DNA of 64,000 nt from assembly GCA_904420185.1 (NCBI GenBank), contig CAJFUJ010000005.1:4204-68203 (forward strand), written 5' to 3'. The notes beneath the pieces were generated by a model. That model saw nothing but the letters and a program-made list of their open reading frames with translations. It searched no databases and was not told where the DNA came from. Positions 19,794-28,947 of this stretch are shown in pieces. This DNA is from an uncultured Butyricicoccus sp. GTDB lineage: Bacteria; Bacillota; Clostridia; Oscillospirales; Butyricicoccaceae. Within the stretch, counting starts at the first letter, position 1, and every line of letters starts with the position of its first letter. Both the position numbers and the translations under genes were made by a program.

Positions 19794-20465
19794 TTATTTC
19801 TGCGAATTTTGTTCAGCTTCTTGCTTTTCTTTGCTTTCACGCAGCTGCTGCTCTTGTACATACACCCGGTGTTCCAAGCGGCAAAGCTCCTGAGAAAGCG
19901 GGTCGGGGACGTTGACCTGGTCGAGATCGAACGAAGGCACACGGCGGCCGCCGATCTTTACCACACGGGCCTTGACGCCCACCACCGTGGAATCGGGCGG
20001 GACCTCCTGCAAAACCACCGCATTGGCGCCGATGCGGGAGTTGTCGCCTACCGTGAACGGACCTAGTACCTTGGCGCCGGCTGAAATAAGTACATTATTT
20101 CCGATCGTTGGATGGCGTTTGCCGGTGTCCTTACCGGTGCCGCCCAAGGTGACGCCGTGGTAAATCGTGCAATAATCGCCCACCTCCGCGGTTTCACCGA
20201 TCACGATGCCCATGCCGTGGTCGATAAACAGCCCCCGGCCGATCTTTGCGCCCGGGTGGATCTCAACCCCGGTCATGGTGCGGGCGAATTGTGACAGCAT
20301 CCGCGCGAGAAAAAACCGTTTATGCCGGTAAAGCCAATGGGTCATGCGGTGATAAATGACCGCATGGAAGCCCGGATAGAGCAAAAACACTTCGGCCGTT
20401 GTCCGGGCCGCGGGGTCGCGTTCTCGGATCGAGCGCGCGTCTTCGATCAGCTCCTTAAGTAGCAT
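19794..20465 (-). CDS. cysE: Serine O-acetyltransferase
   Basis: [35 protein letters not shown]...KRHPT. Confidence 0.95.
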   Translation of the reverse strand: MLLKELIEDARSIRERDPAARTTAEVFLLYPGFHAVIYHRMTHWLYRHKRFFLARMLSQFARTMTGVEIHPGAKIGRGLFIDHGMGIVIGETAEVGDYCTIYHGVTLGGTGKDTGKRHPTIGNNVLISAGAKVLGPFTVGDNSRIGANAVVLQEVPPDSTVVGVKARVVKIGGRRVPSFDLDQVNVPDPLSQELCRLEHRVYVQEQQLRESKEKQEAEQNSQK

Positions 20466-20689
20466 ATGGAATCGCCTTCCTTGAACCGTAAATCAGCCCT
20501 CTTCTAGGAATGTCGCAGCGGTGCGGGCGCGCAGCATTCCCCACGAAAGAAGTATGCATTTTTATTGTACGGTATCTTGTTGTATTTGTCAAAGGATTTA
20601 ACCGTTGTTTGACAGAATCCAGCCTTTTTGCTATCATCAAAGCAAAAGATTCCTGCGCTTTTTGGCGTGGGTGTCAAAGGAGTGGGAAT

Positions 20690-21403
20690 TTGGAAACCAT
20701 AGAACTTCTGCCAAACGGTTTGCGGCTGTTGCAATCGGATGAATTTTTCAAGCTGGGGCAAGACTCAGTCCTGCTGTCCGCCTTCGCCCGGCCGCGGAAA
20801 TGTGCGCATGTGCTGGACCTTGGGGCCGGTGTTGGGGCACTGAGCCTGCTGTGCTGGCGGCCCGATCTCTCCATCACCGGGTTAGAGCTACAGCCGGGTG
20901 CGGCAGACCTGTTTTTGCGCTCGGTCATGGAAAACCAGCTGGACAACGTCCATGTGATAACCGGCGACCTGCGGCAAATCCGCAGCCTGCTGATCCACGG
21001 CTGCATGGATTACGTCGTATGCAATCCGCCCTATTTCAAGCGCAGCGCGGGCAAGGTGTCCCCCACCCAGGGGATGGCCCGCGCGGACGGCCAAGCCAGC
21101 ATCGACGATATCGCCCTGGCGGCGGCGTTTGTGCTGCGCGACGGAGGCAAATGCGCCCTCGTGTTCCGTCCCGAGCGCCTGCTGCCGCTTCTGACCGCTT
21201 TGCAACGGGTGCGTCTGATCCCCAAACGGCTGCGCTTTGTCCACCAGACCGCCCAAAAGCCGCCGAGCGCCGTGCTCGTCGAGTGCCGCAAGGGCGGTAG
21301 CCCGGATGGCCTCGCCGTCGAGCCGCCCCTTCTCATCCTGGATGAGCAGGGTGCGCCTTCGGCCGCCTACAAAGCGATCTACCGCCTGCCCGCAGAGGGA
21401 TAA
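20690..21403 (+). CDS. tRNA1(Val) adenine(37)-N6-methyltransferase-like (YabB/TrmN6 family), TTG start
   Basis: DSVLL, VLDLGAGVG SAM-binding motif and VCNPPYF; AAGGAG RBS. Confidence 0.85.
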   Translation: METIELLPNGLRLLQSDEFFKLGQDSVLLSAFARPRKCAHVLDLGAGVGALSLLCWRPDLSITGLELQPGAADLFLRSVMENQLDNVHVITGDLRQIRSLLIHGCMDYVVCNPPYFKRSAGKVSPTQGMARADGQASIDDIALAAAFVLRDGGKCALVFRPERLLPLLTALQRVRLIPKRLRFVHQTAQKPPSAVLVECRKGGSPDGLAVEPPLLILDEQGAPSAAYKAIYRLPAEG

Positions 21404-21430
21404 AAAAGCTGGCTTATGCCAGCTTTTTTT
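21402..21430. terminator. Bidirectional terminator
   Basis: AAAAAAGCTGGC-TTAT-GCCAGCTTTTTT. Confidence 0.85.
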
Positions 21431-21915
21431 CACCCCTCTTTGGGAATCTTGCGCGACGCCTCGAACGAATCGGCGTGCACCCAAAATACCTCGGTCACCG
21501 CCAGATGGGCATCCCCATACTGCCAGCCTTCGCGGCCGGTCTGATGCAGCATGATGCGGTCAAACCCGGCGCGCTTTTGGTCGTTGTCTTGCGCGAAGGT
21601 TACCGTCCCCTCCCCCACGATCGAGGAGAACGAATAACTATACCGGCAGGCCATATCCCCCTTCTCCACCAGACCGTGCTGGGTGTCCATTTCAAAACAG
21701 ACGTAGGGATTGGCCTTTAATGCGTCGATCTTCTTGCCCTTCAGGCCGCTGTGGAAATAGAGCGTCAACCCACTTTCATCCCACGTGTACCCAAAATTCA
21801 TCGGGATCACATAGGGTTTTCCGTCCGCCAGCATGGCCAGACGGCACACCTTACATTCCTGCAAAATCGGTTCAATGTTCTCTCTTCCGAAAATCTCGCG
21901 GTCCTTTCTGCGCAT
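21430..21915 (-). CDS. Pyridoxamine 5'-phosphate oxidase-like flavin-binding protein (Nim-like family)
   Basis: MRRKDREI, PYVIPMNFGY, LYFHSGLKGKK and NPYVCFE. Confidence 0.85.
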   Translation of the reverse strand: MRRKDREIFGRENIEPILQECKVCRLAMLADGKPYVIPMNFGYTWDESGLTLYFHSGLKGKKIDALKANPYVCFEMDTQHGLVEKGDMACRYSYSFSSIVGEGTVTFAQDNDQKRAGFDRIMLHQTGREGWQYGDAHLAVTEVFWVHADSFEASRKIPKEG

Positions 21916-21931
21916 GGCGCGCCCCTCCTTT

Positions 21932-22255
21932 TCAGGTATTATGGTCGGAAACGTGGAACTGTTTTAGATTTCCAATCTTCTGTGCCCGCTTGTCCATTTC
22001 CGCGCACACTTCGGCAAGCGTAACCCCACATTCGTTCATCATAACCATCATATGATAGAAAACATCGTTGATCTCGCCGATGAGTTCGGCTTTTTCGCCG
22101 TTTTTGGCGGCGATGATGGTTTCGGCGCACTCCTCGCCCACCTTTTTCAAAATCTTGTCCAGCCCTTTTTCAAACAGGTAGCAAGTATACGAGTTTTCCT
22201 GCGGCTGTTCACGCCGCAGCGCGATCACCGCTTCCATTTGTTCAAATGCATCCAT
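21932..22255 (-). CDS. hisE: Phosphoribosyl-ATP pyrophosphatase
   Basis: SYTCYLFEKGLDKILKKVGEECAETIIAAKN. Confidence 0.95.
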   Translation of the reverse strand: MDAFEQMEAVIALRREQPQENSYTCYLFEKGLDKILKKVGEECAETIIAAKNGEKAELIGEINDVFYHMMVMMNECGVTLAEVCAEMDKRAQKIGNLKQFHVSDHNT

Positions 22256-22320
22256 TGTCTTCTTCCTTTCCGGGCGGACGGCCGCCCCGTTTTCCGCACG
22301 TCGGTCGTGTTAAGCCGCCC

Positions 22321-22650
22321 TCATCCATCCGCTTTTTCCCATAGCGTGGTATAAAAACAGGTGCGGTTGCCAGTGTGGCAGACCGGTCCCTTGGGCGTCC
22401 CCACATAGATCAAGGTATCGTCGTCGCAGTCGGACAAAATTTTCTCGACAAAAATAAAATTGCCCGATGTCTCCCCCTTGTTCCACAGCTTTTGCCGCGA
22501 ACGCGAGAAAAACCAGGCCGTACCCGTTTCCATTGTACGGCGCAGCGCCTCCTCATTGGCATAGCCGAGCATGAGCACCTCGCCATTTCGTACATCCTGG
22601 CAGATAACGGGAATCAACTGCCCCTTGGAAAAAAATTTCGACAGCTCCAT
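22321..22650 (-). CDS. hisI: Phosphoribosyl-AMP cyclohydrolase
   Basis: [21 protein letters not shown] and CHTGNRTCF. Confidence 0.95.
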   Translation of the reverse strand: MELSKFFSKGQLIPVICQDVRNGEVLMLGYANEEALRRTMETGTAWFFSRSRQKLWNKGETSGNFIFVEKILSDCDDDTLIYVGTPKGPVCHTGNRTCFYTTLWEKADG

Positions 22651-22716
22651 TTCGCTTCCCTCCTCTCCAACGGGCGAAGAGTGGAGAATCCGCTCCACTC
22701 TCCCCTCGCTTTTCCT

Positions 22717-23478
22717 CTATCGCACCGGGATGCCCCGGCCGCGCAAGTACTCCTTTACCTCACCGATCCGCAGCTCGCCGTAATGGAACAGGCTCGCGGC
22801 CAACGCCGCCGTGGCGCCGGTCTGTTCGAATGCCTCGGCGAAGTGCGCCAAGGTACCGCAGCCGCCCGACGCGATCACCGGGATCGGGGCAGCCTCGCAC
22901 ACCCGCTCGGTCAGCTCCAGGTCAAAGCCCGACTTGGTGCCGTCCTTGTCCATGGAGGTCAGCAAAATCTCGCCTGCACCGCGCGTATATGCCTCCTCGG
23001 CCCAGGCGATGGCGTCTATACCGGTCGGCGTGCGGCCACCCGCCACGTACACCTCAAAGCCGGATGGGGTTTTGCCACTGCGCCGCGCGTCTATGGCGAC
23101 CACCACACATTGGCTGCCATATTTATCGGCCGCCTGGCCGATCAGATCGGGGTTTTTGACGGCCGCCGAGTTCACCGAAATCTTATCTGCCCCTGCGCGC
23201 AAGATATCGCGGAAATCATCAACCGTACGGATACCGCCGCCGACCGTGACCGGTACAAAGACCTCCCGGCAGGTGCGGCGCACCACATCAGCGATGGTCG
23301 CGCGGTTGTCGCTCGTGGCCGTGATGTCCAAAAAGACGATTTCGTCTGCGCCCTCGGCCGAGTAGAACTTGGCCAGCTCCACCGGATCGCCTGCGTCGCG
23401 CAGGCCGACGAAATTAACCCCTTTGACCACCCGGCCATCCTTCACATCCAGGCAGGGGATAATGCGTTTTGCCAGCAT
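22717..23478 (-). CDS. hisF: Imidazole glycerol phosphate synthase cyclase subunit
   Basis: [34 protein letters not shown]. Confidence 0.97.
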   Translation of the reverse strand: MLAKRIIPCLDVKDGRVVKGVNFVGLRDAGDPVELAKFYSAEGADEIVFLDITATSDNRATIADVVRRTCREVFVPVTVGGGIRTVDDFRDILRAGADKISVNSAAVKNPDLIGQAADKYGSQCVVVAIDARRSGKTPSGFEVYVAGGRTPTGIDAIAWAEEAYTRGAGEILLTSMDKDGTKSGFDLELTERVCEAAPIPVIASGGCGTLAHFAEAFEQTGATAALAASLFHYGELRIGEVKEYLRGRGIPVR

Positions 23479-23482
23479 GGTT

Positions 23483-24199
23483 TTAGTCTCCAACTGCCTG
23501 AATGGCTGTAGCCAGATCGAGCGTGCCGCTGTACACCGCCTTGCCGGCGATCGCCCCGTCAATACCGAGCTCCTGCAAGCGCGCGATGTCGCGCAGGGTG
23601 GTGATGCCGCCCGACGCCACAATCTTGCACGAAACCGCCTCGCGCAGCTGGGCGAGCTGGTCGAAGTTGGGGCCTTCCAGCATACCATCCTTATCGATGT
23701 CGGTAAAGATGATGGTGTTCACACAGTAAGAGTCCATCAGCCGGGCAAACTCCAGGAAGTCCTCCCCCGAGTCCTTGAGCCAGCCCTCGGTGCGCACTGT
23801 GCCGCCGCGCGCGTCGATGCCAACCGCAATCTTTTCCCCGTATTTGAGCACCGCTTTGCGGACAAACTCCGGATCCTTGACCGCTGCAGAGCCAATGATT
23901 ACACGTGCCACGCCCAAATCGAGCACAGCGTCCACATCCGACATTTTCCGGATGCCGCCGCCAAGCTCGACCACCGCGCCGGTTTCCTGGATGACCCGCT
24001 TGACCACGTCGTAGTTGGCATGGGTACCATCCTTTGCGCCATCCAAATCGACCATATGGATCATCTCTGCACCTGCGGCCAGAAAATTTTTGGCGGTTTC
24101 CACCGGGTCCTCTGCGACCTTGTGCGCGGTATCATAATCGCCGCGCAGCATACGCACGCACTGTCCGTTCTTCAAATCAATTGCAGGTAGAATTTTCAT
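23483..24199 (-). CDS. hisA: ProFAR isomerase
   Basis: [25 protein letters not shown] and TDIDKDGML. Confidence 0.96.
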   Translation of the reverse strand: MKILPAIDLKNGQCVRMLRGDYDTAHKVAEDPVETAKNFLAAGAEMIHMVDLDGAKDGTHANYDVVKRVIQETGAVVELGGGIRKMSDVDAVLDLGVARVIIGSAAVKDPEFVRKAVLKYGEKIAVGIDARGGTVRTEGWLKDSGEDFLEFARLMDSYCVNTIIFTDIDKDGMLEGPNFDQLAQLREAVSCKIVASGGITTLRDIARLQELGIDGAIAGKAVYSGTLDLATAIQAVGD

Positions 24200-24813
24200 A
24201 CCTTCACCTCCGTAAGTTTTGCAAAATTCTTTATCATTGTCAAACCGACCGGCCCACTCTTTTCCGGGTGGAACTGGCAGCCAAACAGGTTATCCCGCGC
24301 CACCATGGCGGGCACCTGGATGCCGTAGTCGGTTGTACACGAGAGATCCTCCGCCCGGGCCGGGCAAGCGGCGAACGAGTGGACAAAATAGACATAATCC
24401 CCCTCCTGCACGCCCTGGGTGAGGGCATTGGCCCGCTCGATGTGCAGGGCGTTCCAGCCGATCTGGGGCAGTTTCAGGCTGGTGCGGATGCGCTCGATGC
24501 GCCCGGGTAGCAACCCCAGCCCTTTGGTCGGCCGCACCTCGTCGGATTCGTCGAACAAAAGCTGCATCCCCAGGCAGATGCCGAGGAAGGGCTTTTGCCG
24601 GGCGGCTTCCAGCACCGCCTCGATCAGCCCGGAGTGCTCCAGCGCCTGCATGGCATCGGGAAAGGCGCCCACGCCGGGCAGCACCACGCCCGCCGCTTGC
24701 CGGATGGTTTCCGGCGTGCTGGCGATCCGGTTGTCGTAGCCGAGATAGTCCAGCGTATTGTGCACGCTCATCAGGTTCCCGGCGCCATAATCTATAATTG
24801 CAATATAACCCAT
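24196..24813 (-). CDS. hisH: Imidazole glycerol phosphate synthase glutaminase subunit
   Basis: IDYGAGNL, LPGVGAF, GICLGMQ, YFVHS and QFHPEKSG. Confidence 0.96.
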   Translation of the reverse strand: MGYIAIIDYGAGNLMSVHNTLDYLGYDNRIASTPETIRQAAGVVLPGVGAFPDAMQALEHSGLIEAVLEAARQKPFLGICLGMQLLFDESDEVRPTKGLGLLPGRIERIRTSLKLPQIGWNALHIERANALTQGVQEGDYVYFVHSFAACPARAEDLSCTTDYGIQVPAMVARDNLFGCQFHPEKSGPVGLTMIKNFAKLTEVKV

Positions 24814-24884
24814 TGATCGTATCCTCTTCATTGATTGTCCGCGCCGCGCAAAGCGGCCAATTGCTGGCAGGTCACCTGCTTCCT

Positions 24885-25262
24885 TCAAAAACCGCGGCCG
24901 CATAGGCGTTTTGCGGCCCATTCGCCGCAGAAAACGCCCAAAATGCACAGCACAACACTCGCTACCGCATAGCATACGCCGAGCGCGGTGCGTCCGCTGT
25001 CAAACAGGCGCAAGCTCTCCAGCGAAAAGGTGGAAAAGGTGGTGAACCCACCGCAAACGCCGGTTTTCCAAAACAGCGTCCAGGTGGGCGGCAGCCGTCC
25101 GCCCGCCGCCAAGCCGGCCACCAGGCCGATGCCCAGTGCACCGAGCAGGTTGGTCAGCAGCGTGAGCCAGGGAAAGGCGCCTTTGAGCGGCAGCAGGCTG
25201 ATGCCATACCGCCCGATGGCGCCCAGTGCGCCACCCAGCCCGACCGCAAGCACGGCCGTCAT
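24885..25262 (-). CDS. crcB: Fluoride efflux channel CrcB/FluC
   Basis: GGALGAIGRY, FPWLTLLTNLLG and GVCGGFTTFSTF; ATGA overlap with hisB. Confidence 0.92.
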   Translation of the reverse strand: MTAVLAVGLGGALGAIGRYGISLLPLKGAFPWLTLLTNLLGALGIGLVAGLAAGGRLPPTWTLFWKTGVCGGFTTFSTFSLESLRLFDSGRTALGVCYAVASVVLCILGVFCGEWAAKRLCGRGF

Positions 25263-25858
25263 GCCAGCGTTCCCTTGGCCGAAAGCACCTCGTCCCCGGT
25301 TTCGCGTACTGCTTCCTTAAGCGCGCGCGCAAGAGCCTTAAACAGCGCTTCGGTGATGTGGTGGGCGTTGTCGCCGTAGGGGGCCTTTAGGTGCAGGGTG
25401 ATGCCCGCATGGGTGGCGAACGCGCGCATGAACTCGACCGTCAGGCAGGTGTCATACTGCCCGCACATGGGCTGGGGCATGGGCGCGTCAAACACCAGAT
25501 AGGGCCGCCCCGAGATATCCAGCGCGCAAAAGCCCAGCGCTTCGTCCATCGGCACATAGGCCGAGCCAAACCGCGCGATGCCCGACCGGTCGCCCAGGAT
25601 ATTGGCCAGCGCCTGGCCAAGCACGATGCCCACGTCCTCGACCGTGTGGTGGCCGTCCACCTGCAAATCGCCCGTACACTTCAAAATCAGCCCAAACCCG
25701 CCATGTACGGCGAACGAATGGAGCATATGGTCAAAAAAACCGATCCCGGTTTCAATTTTGCGCTCGCCCCCGTCCAGGTTGAGATAGAGCGCGATTTGGG
25801 TTTCCTTGGTTTCGCGGCATTTGGTACACTGCCGCAATTCGGTGCGGATACCGGCCAT
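25259..25858 (-). CDS. hisB: Imidazoleglycerol-phosphate dehydratase (monofunctional)
   Basis: RETKETQI, TGIGFFDHML, GDLQVDGHHTVED and NAHHITEALFKA. Confidence 0.96.
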   Translation of the reverse strand: MAGIRTELRQCTKCRETKETQIALYLNLDGGERKIETGIGFFDHMLHSFAVHGGFGLILKCTGDLQVDGHHTVEDVGIVLGQALANILGDRSGIARFGSAYVPMDEALGFCALDISGRPYLVFDAPMPQPMCGQYDTCLTVEFMRAFATHAGITLHLKAPYGDNAHHITEALFKALARALKEAVRETGDEVLSAKGTLA

Positions 25859-27154
25859 TTATTCTTCCTCCTCTGGCGGCGCAAAGCGCACCGCGATGCT
25901 GTTTGCGTGCGCGCCCAATTTTTCGGCGTTCGCCAGCGCGACAATATCCCCGCTCAGCGCTTGCAGCTCTTCCCGCGAATACTCGATCACGCTGGTTTTT
26001 TTCAAGAAGGTGTCGGTCGAGAGCGGCGAAAAGAACCGCGCCGTCCCCGAAGTGGGCAGCACATGGCAGGGGCCTGCCATGTAATCGCCCAGCGGTTCGG
26101 GCGAATACTGCCCCAAAAAGATGGCGCCCGCGTTTGTCAGCAGCGGCAGCAGTTCGCGCGGCGCAGCGGTGCACACCTCCAGGTGTTCGGGCGCGATCTG
26201 GTTAGCCAGCTTGCACGCGTCAGCCAGCTCCTCGAACACGACCGCGCAGCCATAATTCTCCACGCTCTCACGGATGATCTCCCAACGCGGCAGGGTTTGG
26301 GCCATGCGCTCCATCTCGCATGAGATGGCCTGCGCCTGGGCCATGGAGTCGGTCAGCAGCACCGCGGACGCCAACCGGTCGTGCTCAGCCTGGCTGAGCA
26401 AATCGGCAGCCACATAGGTCGGGTTGGCCGTGTGGTCAGCGATGACCAGTACCTCAGAAGGCCCGGCGATCATGTCGATGTCCACCGTGCCATAGGCCAG
26501 CTTTTTGGCTGCCGCCACAAAGGCGTTGCCCGGCCCGACGATCTTATCCACCTGCGGGATAAAGCCCGCGCCATAGGCCAGCGCCGCAATCGCCTGCACG
26601 CCGCCCACCGCGATGACCGTGTCCACGCCCGCGATATAGGCGGCTGCCAGCACTTCGGTGGACAGGTTGTCGGTCGGCGGCGTGACCATGACCAGCTCTC
26701 CCACGCCCGCGACCTTGGCCGGGATTGCGTTCATCAGCACGCTCGACGGATAGGCCGCCGTGCCGCCGGGTACATACAGCCCGACCCGGTGCAGCCCGCG
26801 CACGGTCTGCCCCAGCACGGCCCCGGGCGCGCGCCGGTATTCCCAGGTTTTCACCAACATTTTTTCGTGGTAGTCGCGGATATTGGCCGCCGCCTTTTCC
26901 AGCGCCGCGCGCAATCTGTCGCCGCACGCCTGATAGGCCTTTTCCAGCACAGCCGGCGAAATCACATAGGGCTTGGTCTTATCAAACCGCATGGAGTATT
27001 TTTCAACCGCTGGCATCCCGTTTTGCCGCACGTCCTCCATGATTTCCCGCACCATATGTTCAATGTCGCCGCGGGTTTCAGCCGCGCGCGCCTGCATCTC
27101 TTGAAGGACGCGCTGCTCTGCCTGCCCGTCGGCCAGCACAGTTTTCAAAAACAT
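25859..27154 (-). CDS. hisD: Histidinol dehydrogenase
   Basis: GLYVPGGTAAYPSS, VGPGN, IDMIAGPSE, LSQAEHD, APEHLE and HVLPT. Confidence 0.97.
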   Translation of the reverse strand: MFLKTVLADGQAEQRVLQEMQARAAETRGDIEHMVREIMEDVRQNGMPAVEKYSMRFDKTKPYVISPAVLEKAYQACGDRLRAALEKAAANIRDYHEKMLVKTWEYRRAPGAVLGQTVRGLHRVGLYVPGGTAAYPSSVLMNAIPAKVAGVGELVMVTPPTDNLSTEVLAAAYIAGVDTVIAVGGVQAIAALAYGAGFIPQVDKIVGPGNAFVAAAKKLAYGTVDIDMIAGPSEVLVIADHTANPTYVAADLLSQAEHDRLASAVLLTDSMAQAQAISCEMERMAQTLPRWEIIRESVENYGCAVVFEELADACKLANQIAPEHLEVCTAAPRELLPLLTNAGAIFLGQYSPEPLGDYMAGPCHVLPTSGTARFFSPLSTDTFLKKTSVIEYSREELQALSGDIVALANAEKLGAHANSIAVRFAPPEEEE

Positions 27155-27215
27155 GATATTCCTCACTTTCGTCTGGCGGAAAGAGACAGGCGCCCATTGC
27201 CCGCGCGCTCCCGCC

Positions 27216-28838
27216 TTATTTGTCCAGGCCTTCCTCCAGCTCGGCGATCACCTTTTCGATGTCGGCCTTTTTCATCTTGGCGCTGGCCAGGTTGACGATG
27301 ACCCGCGCCGAGATGGGGGCCACGTCCTCGACCACTTCCAGGCCGTTTTCGCGCAGGGTGGACCCGGTTTCCACGATGTCCACAATGGCGTCGGCCAGCT
27401 CGAGCAGCGGCGCCAGCTCGACCGAGCCTTCGATCTTGATGGTTTCCACGTCCATGTTTTTCTTGTGGAAGAACGCCTTGGTCACATTGGGGTATTTGGT
27501 GGCGATGACCGGCGTTTTGTACGCGCCATAGACCTGTTTGCCCTTTTTGGTGGCCAGCACAAACCGGCACTTGCCAAACCCCAGATCGACCATCTCGTAA
27601 AACGCGCCGCCCTTTTCCATGATGGTGTCCTTGCCGACCACGCCCATGTCGCACACACCGTGCTCGACATAGGTGATCACGTCGGCCGCTTTGGCCAGCA
27701 CGATTTCGATCTTTGTGTCCGGCAGGGTGAAGATCAGCTTGCGGCTGCCGGCTTCCAGCTCAGAAATATCGTACCCCGAAGCCTGCAGAAGCGCAAGTGT
27801 TTTCTTTTCCAGCCGGCCCTTGGTCAGGGCGATGCGCACGGTGTCGCGCATTTTGGGGGTTTGCTCGTCCTTGCTCTCGGCCAGGCTCTCCACATCGATG
27901 CCAAACCCACCCGCGGGCAGGTCGCGGCCGAATTTGGCGCACAGGGAATTGTACCGCCCGCCCGACAAAATGGCCGACCCGGCGCCGCCCACATAGCCGC
28001 GGAAAATAATGCCGGTGTAGTAGTCCATCTCGTGCACCAGCCCCAGGTCGATCATCACCGCGCCGCCAAAGCCCGCCTGGTCGAGCGCCGCGTACAGCCG
28101 CCGCAGATAGGCCACCGCGCCCAGCACGCGCACATTGCCGGTCAGGTTTTCCACCTCGTCGAGCACCTGGATGCCGCCGAACAGCTGGGGCATGGCATAG
28201 AGCGCCCCCGCTTCGGGCTTCATGCGGTAGGGCTCCAATTCGTCACCCAATGCGGCGAACGACTTGTTTTCGATCAGGCGGCGGATGGATTCAGCCGTCT
28301 GCGCGTCCACGCCCAGCGCCTCGATGAGGGCTTTGTAGATCTCGGCGTGGCCCAGCTCGATGCGGAAGTTGCGCGCGCCGCTGTTTTTGAGCGCCTGCGA
28401 CGCCGCCGACAGGATGTCCAGGTCGGCCGACAGCCCATCCGCGCCGATGAGCTCGGCGCCCACCTGCAAAAATTCGCCCTTATGGCCGTGGTCGCCCGAC
28501 ACCGAGCGGAACACCTTTTGGCTGTAATACAGCCGCACCGGCAGCGCGGCGTCATCCAAACGGGTGGCCGCAATGCGGGCAATCGGGGTGGTGTTGTCCG
28601 GGCGGGCCACGCAGATGCGGCCGGATTTGTCGATGATCTTGAGCATGGCTTCCTGGTTCAGCTCGGGGTTGCCCTGGGCAAAGACATCGTAATATTCCAC
28701 CGACGGGGTGATGATTTCGCTGTATCCCTTGCCCTTCAGCGTTTCACGGATGGCGCTTTCGGTCTGCCGCAGCGCGCGGCAGGAAGAAAACAGCAGGTCG
28801 CGGGTCCCCTCGGGGGTGGAAATCTTGTATCGGTTCAT
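27216..28838 (-). CDS. hisZG: Fused ATP phosphoribosyltransferase: regulatory HisZ (N-terminal) plus short-form HisG (C-terminal, from about 27851)
   Basis: HisZ motifs TPEGTRD, RPDNTTPIAR, QVGAELIG, YYTGIIF and GGRYN are in frame with HisG motifs IALTKGRL, VGKD, ATKYP, GSVELAP and DAIVDIVETGSTL. Confidence 0.92.
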   Translation of the reverse strand: MNRYKISTPEGTRDLLFSSCRALRQTESAIRETLKGKGYSEIITPSVEYYDVFAQGNPELNQEAMLKIIDKSGRICVARPDNTTPIARIAATRLDDAALPVRLYYSQKVFRSVSGDHGHKGEFLQVGAELIGADGLSADLDILSAASQALKNSGARNFRIELGHAEIYKALIEALGVDAQTAESIRRLIENKSFAALGDELEPYRMKPEAGALYAMPQLFGGIQVLDEVENLTGNVRVLGAVAYLRRLYAALDQAGFGGAVMIDLGLVHEMDYYTGIIFRGYVGGAGSAILSGGRYNSLCAKFGRDLPAGGFGIDVESLAESKDEQTPKMRDTVRIALTKGRLEKKTLALLQASGYDISELEAGSRKLIFTLPDTKIEIVLAKAADVITYVEHGVCDMGVVGKDTIMEKGGAFYEMVDLGFGKCRFVLATKKGKQVYGAYKTPVIATKYPNVTKAFFHKKNMDVETIKIEGSVELAPLLELADAIVDIVETGSTLRENGLEVVEDVAPISARVIVNLASAKMKKADIEKVIAELEEGLDK

Positions 28839-28858
28839 AGCGTACATTCTCCTCGGAA

Positions 28859-28903
28859 ATTTTATCGCATTAAAATACTAACACGACAAAGCCGCCCTGT
28901 CAA
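28859..28903 (-). promoter_or_regulatory. his operon SigA promoter with a HisR(YerC)-like operator
   Basis: TTGACA-N17-TAGTAT (28903-28875); palindrome ATTTTA-N6-TAAAAT at 28859-28876 overlaps the -10/+1 region. Confidence 0.6.
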
Positions 28904-28947
28904 GGCGCATCCCGGTTTTCAAGCGTAGGTGCATGGCTTTTCTTTTG

